64,000 bases of DNA from Candidatus Methanomethylophilaceae archaeon (GCA_944320495.1 CALUHR010000013.1:160001-224000); one strand, 5' to 3'. Counted from the first letter of the stretch, positions 52,782 through 62,450 are shown. The notes: a model not told the origin generated them from the letters alone. A program made the numbers and translations.

Positions 52782-53483
52782 TCACTCGTCAGCGGTGTTG
52801 TTCAGAAGGCCCCTGAACAGACATACATCCATGGGCGTCGTTATCTTGATGTTCTCGGGATTGCCCTCCACGGTGTGCAGGGCGCATCCATGACTCGTCA
52901 CTATCGTAGCGGAATCGATGCATGACGTCTGGCCGTTGGCTATGCATATCTCATAGTGCGATATTATCTCCCCGAGACGGAAGGTCTGGGGCGCACGGGC
53001 CATCTGGCACATGTTACGGTCCAGCACCTGCGTACCATCCCCGGATGCCAGGATCACCGTCTCCGTGCACGGGGACACCGTGATGGCGTTACCGAACTCT
53101 GCCGCCACCTGGAGATTCCTGCGGATCGTCTCCCTGCTGACCAGCGGTCTGACACCGTCATGGATCATGACAAGGGACTTCGGATCCAGTCCGGCATCCC
53201 TCATGGAGACCAGACCGTTGTAGATGGACATCTGCCCGGTCTCCCCGCCGGGGACTATGCTGATGACCTTGCGTATGCCGTGATCCGCGATCTGCTTCCT
53301 GAGCTCGTCGATCCAATCGGCGAGACAGACGACCTGGATGCCATCGATCTCGTCCATGCCGTCGAACAGCTCGAGCGTGTGGATGATGATGGACTTCCCA
53401 TTGACCTCTATGAACTGCTTCGGAACCGCCGAACTGTTCATGCGGACCCCGTGTCCGCCGGCGAATATGAGCACGTAATTCAG
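52782..53483 (-). CDS. IspD/TarI-family cytidylyltransferase; probable CTG start
   Basis: (M)NYVLIFAGGHGVRM...PKQF, IHDGVRPL, RAPQTF, NIKITTP.D. Confidence 0.88.
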   Translation of the reverse strand: MNYVLIFAGGHGVRMNSSAVPKQFIEVNGKSIIIHTLELFDGMDEIDGIQVVCLADWIDELRKQIADHGIRKVISIVPGGETGQMSIYNGLVSMRDAGLDPKSLVMIHDGVRPLVSRETIRRNLQVAAEFGNAITVSPCTETVILASGDGTQVLDRNMCQMARAPQTFRLGEIISHYEICIANGQTSCIDSATIVTSHGCALHTVEGNPENIKITTPMDVCLFRGLLNNTADE

Positions 53484-53598
53484 GTCATCACCCTCGCATC
53501 CAGGCCTGATGTCTATATCGGTCTGCGAGGAGCACGTTTACGTATCTATATAAAATACAATCGCACCGATAATCGGCGTTCTCGGAATCAAAAATATT

Positions 53599-53618
53599 GC
53601 AGGGGGGTGGCCCCCTGC
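53599..53618 (-). terminator. Hairpin plus T tract after malic enzyme gene
   Basis: GCAGGGGG-GTGG-CCCCCTGC; minus strand continues AATATTTTT. Confidence 0.55.
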
Positions 53619-53629
53619 GGTTTGTCAGC

Positions 53630-54988
53630 TCACTGGAGGGCGGAGCTGCAGTCCGGGATGTAGCCGTCCTTCATCATCTGGGCGGTGAGGTTCCTGGACC
53701 TGTTGATCATGAACTCGGCCCTGTCGAAGAGCTCCTGCCTGCTCAGCTTGAGCCTGGCGACTCCCTGCTCCTGGGCCTTCATGGCGACGGCGACGGCCTC
53801 CCTCGGGAAGACCTCGGCCTCGGCCATGGTCGGGATGATGTAGTCCTCGCTGATTCCCTTCTCCTCCGCGCAGGCGGCGAGCTCGCGGGCGGCGGCGATG
53901 CACATCTCGTCGGTGATGGTCTTGGCCCTCACGTCGAGCACTCCCCTGAAGATGGCGGGGAAGCCCATGGAGTTGTTGACCTGGTTGGGGAAGTCGGACC
54001 TGCCGGTGGCGAACACCTTGCATCCGTTCTCCTTGGCCTCCCAGGGCCACATCTCCGGGATCGGGTTGGCGGTGGCGAAGACGACCGGGTCGTCCGCCAT
54101 GAGCTTGACGTACTCGGCGGGGATGGTGCCGGGTCCGGGCTTGGATGCGGCGATGACGATGTCCGCGCCCTCCATGGCCTCCTTGATGCCTCCGGACTTT
54201 CCGGCCCCGTTGGTCTTCTCGCAGATCTCCCACTTCTGCCTGAAGCTGTCCTTGACGTCCTCCCTGGCGAGGTTCAGGATTCCCTTGGAGTCGCACATGC
54301 ACATGTGCTTGGGGCTGAATCCGGTGGCGAGGAGGAGCCTGGCGATGGCGATGGAGGCCGCTCCGGCGCCGATGACGGCGATCTGGGCGTCCTCGAGCTT
54401 CTTGCCGACGAGCTTCATGGCGTTGATGGCACCCGCGACCTCGACGGTGGCGGTTCCCTGCTGGTCATCATGCCAGACGGGGATCTTGCAGTCCCTCCTA
54501 AGCTCGTCGAGGATGTCGAAGCACTTGGGGTTCGAGATGTCCTCGAGGTTTATTCCTCCGAAGGAGGGGGCCAGGAGCCTGACGGTCTCGATGATCTTGT
54601 CGGGGTCCTTGGTGTCCAGGCAGATCGGGACGCAGTCCACGCCTCCGAGGTACTTGAACAGCATGGCCTTGCCCTCCATGACGGGCATGGCGGCCTCCGG
54701 CCCTATGTCACCGAGTCCGAGTACACGGGTACCATCGGACACGACGGCGACGGTGTTCCACTTGCAGGTGTGCTCGTACACCATGTCGGGGTTGGCGGCG
54801 ATGTCCTTGCAGGGCTCGGCGACTCCCGGGGAGTACCAGATGGCGAAGTCGTCGAACGACCTGACGCATGCCTTGGGCACGGTCTCGATCTTTCCGTGGT
54901 AGAACTTGTGCAGGACCATCGCGTCCTGTCCGGGCTTCTTCGCCTTCTCAAGGCGCTCCTCGACTGTCATGTTCATGTCGTATGCCAT
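53630..54988 (-). CDS. NAD(P)-dependent malic enzyme
   Basis: YSPGVAEPC, VVSDGTRVLGLGDIG, PVMEGKA, LEDI, HDDQQGT, GRSDFPNQVNN. Confidence 0.95.
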   Translation of the reverse strand: MAYDMNMTVEERLEKAKKPGQDAMVLHKFYHGKIETVPKACVRSFDDFAIWYSPGVAEPCKDIAANPDMVYEHTCKWNTVAVVSDGTRVLGLGDIGPEAAMPVMEGKAMLFKYLGGVDCVPICLDTKDPDKIIETVRLLAPSFGGINLEDISNPKCFDILDELRRDCKIPVWHDDQQGTATVEVAGAINAMKLVGKKLEDAQIAVIGAGAASIAIARLLLATGFSPKHMCMCDSKGILNLAREDVKDSFRQKWEICEKTNGAGKSGGIKEAMEGADIVIAASKPGPGTIPAEYVKLMADDPVVFATANPIPEMWPWEAKENGCKVFATGRSDFPNQVNNSMGFPAIFRGVLDVRAKTITDEMCIAAARELAACAEEKGISEDYIIPTMAEAEVFPREAVAVAMKAQEQGVARLKLSRQELFDRAEFMINRSRNLTAQMMKDGYIPDCSSALQ

Positions 54989-55071
54989 TTCTTGACCTCC
55001 ATAAACTCTGGAATCTACGAATTTCGTAGATTGACTGCGAAATCTAAGACGCACGATTGGCGTGCCCGTAT

Positions 55072-56454
55072 TTAATCGTTGACGGGAGCCCGACTATTCG
55101 AATCATCGCCTGGACGGCGCGAACGGATGGCGCGGAGAAGGTCGTCCCCGTGCATCTGCCACAGCACCATCACGATTCCGAGACACTGGAGAATCGAACC
55201 GAGCCCGAACTGGATGTTCCTCGGCGACAGACCGAGCAGGACCGGATCGTTCCACATGGTGAAGAACGACACCAGGGAGTCGACGTCGAACCATCCCTCC
55301 CAGACGCCCAGCGGGGTGAGGGTGGATGCATTGGACCCGAACACGCATATCACGGCGCCGACGGCCATGATTTTCCAGGACAGTATGAACCTGCGCTCCT
55401 CCGCCGCGATCCAGTATGCCAGGAACGGCACGAGGACGACCATGTACTGCGTGGTCGGCGGATAAACGAGGACCAGCGCCGAGATCAGGAGGCACGACTT
55501 CATCAGCACCCTCGTCGGATCGCCGTCCCTGTTGCGGTACATCACCACGGCCGCATACGCGGATATCACTAGAACGATCGCATAGACGATGATCCTGGAG
55601 AACCCTATGACCGTGTCGAGGAGGGAGCTGTCCACTCCGGACCCGGTGCGGTCGCTGAGGAACTGGAAGCATTCCTCTATGTTGCCCGCCAGGATCTGAG
55701 GCGCGAAGATGATCGCGGCCATCGCCCCGGCACCCACGGCCGCGAGGACCACGTGGGAGACGGCGCGCCTGCGGTCGTCCCTGTTGCGGACGAGGATGTA
55801 CGCGACCAGCACGAATATGAGGAACGCCGGGAAGAACTTGGTCAGGACCGCCAGAGAGAAGGTCATGCCGGCGATGAGCGGGTGGTCCTTCCTGAGCAGG
55901 ATGACCGTGAGCACGGCGAACATCGCCGATATCGTGTCGGGCATGGCGATGATGCCCGTGGACGCCAGGAGAACCGGCGAGAGGAATGCCAGTGCGAATC
56001 CGAGGACCGCCTTGCGGTCGTCTCCGGTGACGTCCCTCACCAGATACCATACGGCGAAGGCCAGCGCCGCGTCGAAGACGTAGAGCGGCACCTTCACCGA
56101 GTACAGGAACGCGACGGACGGGATCGTGGAGCTGAAGTACTGGCCCATCCCCTCGATCGGGATAATCTCCGCGACCTTCACGGCGACCTCGCCGAGATTG
56201 AGCAGCGCATCCTGCAGCACAGCCACCAGCCCCAGGATGTACCCCCACACCGGCGTGTAGTAGTAGCCCTCCACCCCGTAGAGGCCCTGGCCGATCTCGA
56301 TGTTCCTTATGACGAGGGCCCAGTACTCCGAGTCGTAGACTATGGACAGAGGGGCGATGGCGATCCTGATCAGGATCCCAACTACGAGGATCAGAAGCAA
56401 CGGATGCCTGACGTTGGCGATGCGGTCGCACACCTTTGAGAGGACCTCGGACAC
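55072..56454 (-). CDS. GT-C-like membrane glycosyltransferase, paralogue of 51519-52772
   Basis: GQGLYGVEGYYYTPVWGY, LTKFFP, TTQY; GTG start. Confidence 0.65.
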   Translation of the reverse strand: MSEVLSKVCDRIANVRHPLLLILVVGILIRIAIAPLSIVYDSEYWALVIRNIEIGQGLYGVEGYYYTPVWGYILGLVAVLQDALLNLGEVAVKVAEIIPIEGMGQYFSSTIPSVAFLYSVKVPLYVFDAALAFAVWYLVRDVTGDDRKAVLGFALAFLSPVLLASTGIIAMPDTISAMFAVLTVILLRKDHPLIAGMTFSLAVLTKFFPAFLIFVLVAYILVRNRDDRRRAVSHVVLAAVGAGAMAAIIFAPQILAGNIEECFQFLSDRTGSGVDSSLLDTVIGFSRIIVYAIVLVISAYAAVVMYRNRDGDPTRVLMKSCLLISALVLVYPPTTQYMVVLVPFLAYWIAAEERRFILSWKIMAVGAVICVFGSNASTLTPLGVWEGWFDVDSLVSFFTMWNDPVLLGLSPRNIQFGLGSILQCLGIVMVLWQMHGDDLLRAIRSRRPGDDSNSRAPVND

Positions 56455-57469
56455 GGAACGCGCCCCCGTACTTGGCGAACGTGCCGCCGATGTAGATGTA
56501 CAGCGTCAGATCGGTCGCGTCGCCCTCGAACCCGACGGATCCGGAGACCGTGCCGCGAACCACATCGCCCTCCGAATGCGACACTATCTCGGACGAGACC
56601 GTGATTCCGGATGCGATTATCTGGGTCAGATCGTCCACGCTGTCGAAGTTCTTCGGTCCGGAGACCACGAACATGGACCCCTCGCCGAACGGTATCCCCG
56701 AGACGGAGGCGTACTCCCCATCGGTGAATCCCATCTCGATGGACCCCTCGATCGATGACACGTCCGCGGCGAAACGGATGTTACCGTCCTTGAGGGTCAG
56801 CGCGTCCAGGAAGCCGTTGTCGATCTCGGAGTCCGCATACTCGGGACCGTCGCGGTTGAGGCACTCGGACCCGAAGAGCAGGACCTGGTTGTCCTCCACC
56901 TCGAAGAGCGTCTCCCCGTCTGTGTGGAACCTTCCGGCCTCGGCGGCCGTCCAGTAGACCGTCCCGCCTGCCCTGACCCATTGCAGGAGGAGACAGTCTG
57001 AGGTCCCGTCGTAGACGGATGACGGGAGCGCATAGGACGAGACCACCAGTCCGATTCCGACCGGATCGGCAATAGTCTCCCTGAGTGCGTCCTCCAATTC
57101 GGATGTCCCGCATTCGGAGACGTCGTGGAAGGAACGGACGGCGAGGGCCTCGACGACCTCGTGCGCGTACGGGGACTGCGAGCAGTAATCCACATTGCTC
57201 ATCCGATACGCCTCCCCGTACAGGTCGTCGTACGTCTCATCGACATAGACGAGGACCGAGGACACCGGCGTACGGCCGCCGTTGTCGATGAGAACCGCAT
57301 CATAAACATCCGACCCGGAGGAGCTGACTTCGTAATCCACCTCTCCGTCGGACCATTCGGCGTCGGCGCCGTAGCTGTGCACATCCGCATAGGTAAGCAC
57401 CTCTCCGGCGACGACGACAGCGCAGAGAAGGACTGCGACGATGGCGACGGCATCGGTGCGAATCCTCAT
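56447..57469 (-). CDS. Exported/membrane-anchored hypothetical protein (340 aa), paralogue of 50522-51532
   Basis: N-terminal anchor, LLQWVRAGGT, YIYIGG; CGA at 56447-56449 gives a GTGTCCGA overlap; standard code adds 448 aa over the next gene. Confidence 0.72.
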
Positions 57470-57638
57470 CGTCCCTCGTAGGGGGTTCTCGTATATAGGC
57501 GACCCTACAACACGCCCCGCCCCCTCTCCGATGATAGCCTGGCGCGCCAAGCGATGGGACGTGTCGGACGGACAATCCGCTGAAGTTGGCGGGAGCTGCA
57601 TCTTCCTTTTTATGTACCATAAGAGGATGACCGTCCAT

Positions 57639-58115
57639 ATGACGGGATGGGTAACACGGATGATGCGCGACCATCGCGAGGCGATGCTGTACATCATCAC
57701 CGGCGGATTCACCACCCTCGTCAACTACGCCGCCTACGGCGCCTTCGTCTGGTGCAACATCGACCCGACCATCAGCAACGTTCTCTCGTGGTTCGTCAGC
57801 GTATCGTTCGCCTTCGTCGTGAACAAATGGATCGTCTTCGAGAGCAGGTCCCTGGAGGGCCGCAAGGTGACGGCCGAACTGGTCGAGTTCTTCGGCGCGA
57901 GGGTGCTGACCCTCGTAGTGTCGGCAATACTGTTCGCGGTCCTCTTCGACCATCTCGGTTCGGAGATGGGCGTCCACATCCTGACCGACGAGCTCTTCGG
58001 CATCCGCGGATCGGAAGGATACGTCACCAAGCTCATCACCAGCTTCATCGAGATCGTCCTCAACTGGGTGCTCAGCAAGTACTGGGTCTTCAGGAAGGCG
58101 AAGTCCGAGGCCTGA
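57639..58115 (+). CDS. GtrA family protein
   Basis: YIITGGFTTLVNY, FAFVVNKWIVF, LNWVLSKYWVF. Confidence 0.88.
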   Translation: MTGWVTRMMRDHREAMLYIITGGFTTLVNYAAYGAFVWCNIDPTISNVLSWFVSVSFAFVVNKWIVFESRSLEGRKVTAELVEFFGARVLTLVVSAILFAVLFDHLGSEMGVHILTDELFGIRGSEGYVTKLITSFIEIVLNWVLSKYWVFRKAKSEA

Positions 58116-58157
58116 GGCCCGGCATCACATTTTAAGGACCGGACCAATCCCCCGACC

Positions 58158-59783
58158 ATGGGCAGAGAGATCTCCATCCTCCTCATCGACGGATACATCG
58201 ACGACCCGGCCGCGCTCGGCGTGCCGCCGTACATCTCGCCGATGTCCCGCGCCATAGCCGGCGCAGCGCTCGATGCCGGTGCGGACAGGGTGGAGTACCT
58301 CACGATAGACATGGTCCGCAGGGGTGCCAGGATACCCGACGCCGCGGTGAGCGTGGTGCTCTCGGGGAACACCGTCCCGGGGAAGTACCTGCGCTCGATG
58401 CCCATGTCCCAGAAGGAGCTCGTCGCCCTGCTCCCCAGGCTGAAGGGATGGAGGATGGTCGGGGGCTCCGCCGCCGCGTCCCCCGCGGCCGAGGGCTTCG
58501 ATTTCATAGTGAAGCGCGACCTCGCCGCGTCCCTGTACGACGGGATGGTCGGCAAGGAGGTGGGCGAGAGGCTCCGCACCCTCGACGAGTGGAACAGGTG
58601 GATGCTCCTCGGAGCGGACATCGTCACGTCCCATCAGGACTTCCCCGAGCCCCTCGTGGCCGAGGTGGAGTCCTACCGCGGATGCCACCGCTGGGCATCC
58701 GGAGGGTGCTCGTACTGCATCGAGCCCACCAAGGGCAGGCCCCTGATGCGCTCGCCCTCGGACATCATCGCCGAGGCCTCCAGGCTCAGGGAGCTCGGCG
58801 TCAGGAACCTCAGGGTGGGAGGACAGACGTGCATCGTGTCCTACGGCGCCGACCCCGACTCTCCGGTGCCCACCCCGGACCCGGAGGCGATCGGGGAGCT
58901 GTTCGAGGGATTGGCCGCGCTGGATTTCGACGTCCTCCACGTGGACAACGCCAACGCCGCGGTCATCGCGTCCCATCCCGAGGAGGCCGAGAGGGTTCTG
59001 GAGACGCTCGCGTCCAGATGCACCGACGGCAACGTGCTGGCACTCGGCATGGAGTCCGCCGACCCGCGCGTCGTGATGGAGAACAACCTGAACAGCACCG
59101 CCGAGCAGGTGCTCGATGCTGTCCGCATGATCAACCGCATAGGCGGCTCCCGCGGCCCCCGCGGCATGCCGAGGATGCTCCCCGGGATCAACATCGTCTG
59201 CGGGCTGGACGGCGAGACCACCGAGACCTACGACATGGACATGGAGCTGCTCGGGAGGATCCGCGATGAAGGCCTGATGGTCAGGAGGATCAACATCCGC
59301 CAGGTGCTCCCGATACGCAGGGAGTTCTCCGTCAGGGTGGACCAGCGCAGGTTCAAGCGCTTCAAGGAGGATGTCCGCGAGGACGTCGACCGCGTGATGC
59401 TGGAGAGGGTCGCCCCATACGGGACGGTCCTCCGCGACGTGTACATGGAGCTGCAGGACGGGAACACCACCTTTGGAAGGCAGATCGGCTCGTACCCCCT
59501 GCTGGTCGGCGTCCCGTACAAGGTCGATACCGAGCAGTTCCGTGACATCTTCGTCACCGACTGGGGCTTCCGCTCGATCACGGGCGTGACCTATCCGTTC
59601 GACATCAACTCCATGCCCATGTCGGCGCTGGAGGCGCTCCCCGGGATCGGTAAGAAGAGGGCGCAGAGGCTTGCCGCTGAGAGGCCGTTCGAGGGTTTCG
59701 ACGACCTGCTGAGGGTCCTGGAAGACCCGCACGTGGTCGACGGGCTCAGGGACCTGGTGGTGTTCGGGGAGCAGAATGTCCGA
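58158..59783 (+). CDS. Radical SAM protein with C-terminal helix-hairpin-helix (COG1031-like)
   Basis: DGYIDDPAALGVPPYISP, RGCHRWASGGCSYC, DNANA, LPGIGKKRA; CGA at 59781-59783; standard stop at 59849. Confidence 0.87.
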
Positions 59784-60039
59784 CGTCCGTTTTGCGGTTC
59801 CTTGAGGACCGACCGGACATCGACGCGGCGGCCTCCCGACCGCACGTAATGTCGGCGACGACCCACCATCCATGAGCCTTCATGGCCCCCGATCCCCAGC
59901 GTCTCGGCCGAGAGATCCGCGACGCTGTCGCAGATGTGGCCGCCCCGGATGTTCCCGGGACGGACAGAAGGCATACCAGGCCTGATGCGAACACGGGGCG
60001 ACGCAGTTATCTATCGGGACAGTCCTCGATTCCGACGCC

Positions 60040-61131
60040 ATGGACTCAGAGCTCATCGCCAAGTTCCCGTTCCTCGAGGAGGCCCGCCAGTTCGTCGACG
60101 ACAGCGGGGCGGACATAGCGGAGCTCATAACGTCTCCGTCCTACGAGCCGGCGCGCGCCCGCGGGGTCCAGCGCATCACCGACGCCCTCGCCCACTCCGA
60201 GGTGTCCTACGTGCCGATGGTCAGGGCCAGCGAGTACGACCGCCTCATGGAGGTGCTCTCCTACCCCTATGCGAGGATGATCGTCTCCGCCGTCGGGGAC
60301 AGGTTCCTCACCAAGCGCTACGCCCTGGCCGAGGCCGTGAGGATGAACCGGATCCTCGTGGGCGAGGGGAGGGAGAACACCATCGAGGTGTCCGAGCAGC
60401 TCAACGCGCCCTCCACGGCGGACGCCGACGGCATAATGCGCATCCGCTTCACCGACTACCTCCGCCTGGCTAACCGCATGAAGAGCGTGGACTGGAAGCT
60501 GATCAACAGCGACATCCACTCCGGCCTGGTGTACCTGCCCCAGGAGAAGTTCAGCCGTCTGATGCAGAACGCCCTCCAGGACCGCATCGAGTCGGAGCTG
60601 CCCCTCATGACCCCCGACGAGTTCAAGCCCTATCTGAGGGGGGACATCAACAAGGTGGAGATGGCCCTCGCCGAGACGAAGGCGAGGTTCAGCCCCACCG
60701 GTGGCGAGGGCATGAAGATTGAGTTCTGCCCGCCGTGCATCAACCACCTGCTGGAGATGTCCAGGCAGGGAGTGAACCTGCCCCACAGCGCCAGGTTCGC
60801 CCTGGTGACGTTCCTGAGCGCCCTCGGGCTCAGCTACGACCAGATCATCACGATATTCTCGGAGTCCCCGGACTTCGACGAATCCATCGCCGGATATCAG
60901 ATCAAGCACATCACCGGCGAGCTCAGCGGCGGGGAGGCGTACACGCCGCCGGAGTGCGCCACCATGAAGACCAACGGCATCTGCTACAACCCGGACAAGA
61001 TCTGCGAGCAGGAGTGGATGACGCATCCGCTGAAGTACTACAGGTTCAAGTCGAAGCCGAGGAGGGACGGCCAGCCGTCGAGGGATGCCGGCGGGAAGAG
61101 TCCGACGGATGCACGGAAAAAGGGCGCCTGA
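60040..61131 (+). CDS. priL: DNA primase large subunit
   Basis: KFPF, AEAVR, CPPCI, LPHSARF, YQIKHI, YTPPEC, HPLKYY. Confidence 0.93.
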   Translation: MDSELIAKFPFLEEARQFVDDSGADIAELITSPSYEPARARGVQRITDALAHSEVSYVPMVRASEYDRLMEVLSYPYARMIVSAVGDRFLTKRYALAEAVRMNRILVGEGRENTIEVSEQLNAPSTADADGIMRIRFTDYLRLANRMKSVDWKLINSDIHSGLVYLPQEKFSRLMQNALQDRIESELPLMTPDEFKPYLRGDINKVEMALAETKARFSPTGGEGMKIEFCPPCINHLLEMSRQGVNLPHSARFALVTFLSALGLSYDQIITIFSESPDFDESIAGYQIKHITGELSGGEAYTPPECATMKTNGICYNPDKICEQEWMTHPLKYYRFKSKPRRDGQPSRDAGGKSPTDARKKGA

Positions 61132-61199
61132 TTTTTTTGGCACGGAAAAAGAGTACATCCTGAATCGGGCACTCATTTTCCGTGTATCCGTACAAACGG

Positions 61200-61877
61200 T
61201 CACTCCGACTTCCCCTCGGGCGGATACATCCTCCCGAGGTTCCTCCAGGTGATGATGGCCCTCTGGATGGCCGTGAGGTTGCCGACGACGGCGAACCACA
61301 GCATCATTATCCCGAGCCAGGTGAGCTCGAATCCGAATATGTCGAACGAGGCGTACTGCCCGTCCGCGACGCAGAGCATCACGAACTGGATGAGCGGGAA
61401 CAGCGTCGACAGCACCACGCGATCGGCCCTCCCGAGCAGACCGGCGTAGAGCCTCGGGGCCCCGATGGCCTGGGCCTGGGTGCCCATGTACGAGGTGAGC
61501 AGCACGCCCACCAGAGCCAGCATGCCCAGGTACGGGTCGCACCACCTCACACAGAACGCGACGCCGCCGATCATGAAGACGTCGGCGTACCTGTCGAAGA
61601 CGTGGTCCAAGTAGTCCCCCTTGGGCCCGGCCTTACCGGAGAGCTTGGCGACCTTGCCGTCCAGGGCGTCGAAGTACCCGGAGACGATGACCATCACCGC
61701 CCCGAGGACGAGCATCCACTCGTTGCCCTCCTCACCGCTGAACCAGAACACCACGCCGCAGAGGAGCGCCAGGATCAGCCCGACCCATGAGATCGTGTTG
61801 GGGTTGACGTTTATCAGCTTCCGCGCGACGGGTGCCAGCGCGAAGTCCACGGTCGATCTCTTGCTGTCTAGAACCAT
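61200..61877 (-). CDS. CDP-alcohol phosphatidyltransferase (archaetidylinositol-phosphate synthase-like)
   Basis: NPNTIS, DALDGKVAK...GDYLDHVFDRYAD, GRADR. Confidence 0.88.
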   Translation of the reverse strand: MVLDSKRSTVDFALAPVARKLINVNPNTISWVGLILALLCGVVFWFSGEEGNEWMLVLGAVMVIVSGYFDALDGKVAKLSGKAGPKGDYLDHVFDRYADVFMIGGVAFCVRWCDPYLGMLALVGVLLTSYMGTQAQAIGAPRLYAGLLGRADRVVLSTLFPLIQFVMLCVADGQYASFDIFGFELTWLGIMMLWFAVVGNLTAIQRAIITWRNLGRMYPPEGKSE

Positions 61878-62401
61878 GCGTCCATCTCCGGCGTCCAATC
61901 GGTGCCGCCGGGAGGGTAATCCGAAGCGCCACCACTTATGATTTTCTCCGCGATGTCCGCAGCCTCGCTAACAGTCACGGACGTGCAGTCAATCTCCCCC
62001 ACGGGGATGTCCGTCTCCGCAGCCTCGCAGAGAATCTCGTCGAGTATCTCGGCCTGGACGTTCTCCCTAACCTTGTCCTCGGAGTAGCCGCGAGCGCGGA
62101 GGCGCTCCGCCAGGACCGACGGGGCACAGCGAAGGACCACGATCCCGCTGGAATCCATGAAGTGCGACAGGTGGCTGTCCAAGATGTGGACGTCCGGGTC
62201 CTCCCTGAGCGGCTCCAGCGCGTCGTTGAGGGCGTCTAGATCGACCTCGTAGGTGTCGCGCTCCGCGTCGTACTCCCCCAGCAACCCGTTCTCGCGGATG
62301 AACGCCTTCCCGTCGATCACGTCGTGTCCGCGGGACCTCAGCTCGGCGGAGAGCGTGGACTTCCCGGTCCCGGGGGTTCCCGTGAGTGCGAAGAGGACCA
62401 T
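61868..62401 (-). CDS. Archaeal adenylate kinase (AK6/Fap7-like)
   Basis: LTGTPGTGKST, DSHLSH, LRARGY..KVRENVQAE; ends TAG, next in-frame CGA at 61853-61855. Confidence 0.88.
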   Translation of the reverse strand: MVLFALTGTPGTGKSTLSAELRSRGHDVIDGKAFIRENGLLGEYDAERDTYEVDLDALNDALEPLREDPDVHILDSHLSHFMDSSGIVVLRCAPSVLAERLRARGYSEDKVRENVQAEILDEILCEAAETDIPVGEIDCTSVTVSEAADIAEKIISGGASDYPPGGTDWTPEMDAWF

Positions 62402-62450
62402 GCCCTCCGGAACGCTCCTGCCCGTATTAACCGTGTCGAGTCTTCGCCGG

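Noticed and set aside
52782-53483. Calling the cytidylyltransferase ispD of the MEP pathway
   Set aside because: No other MEP genes are in the window and the context is surface-glycan synthesis; a TarI-like role fits better
59790-60030. Short ORFs between the radical SAM-HhH gene and priL
   Set aside because: No motif, no clear SD or TATA support, and several frames are equally weak
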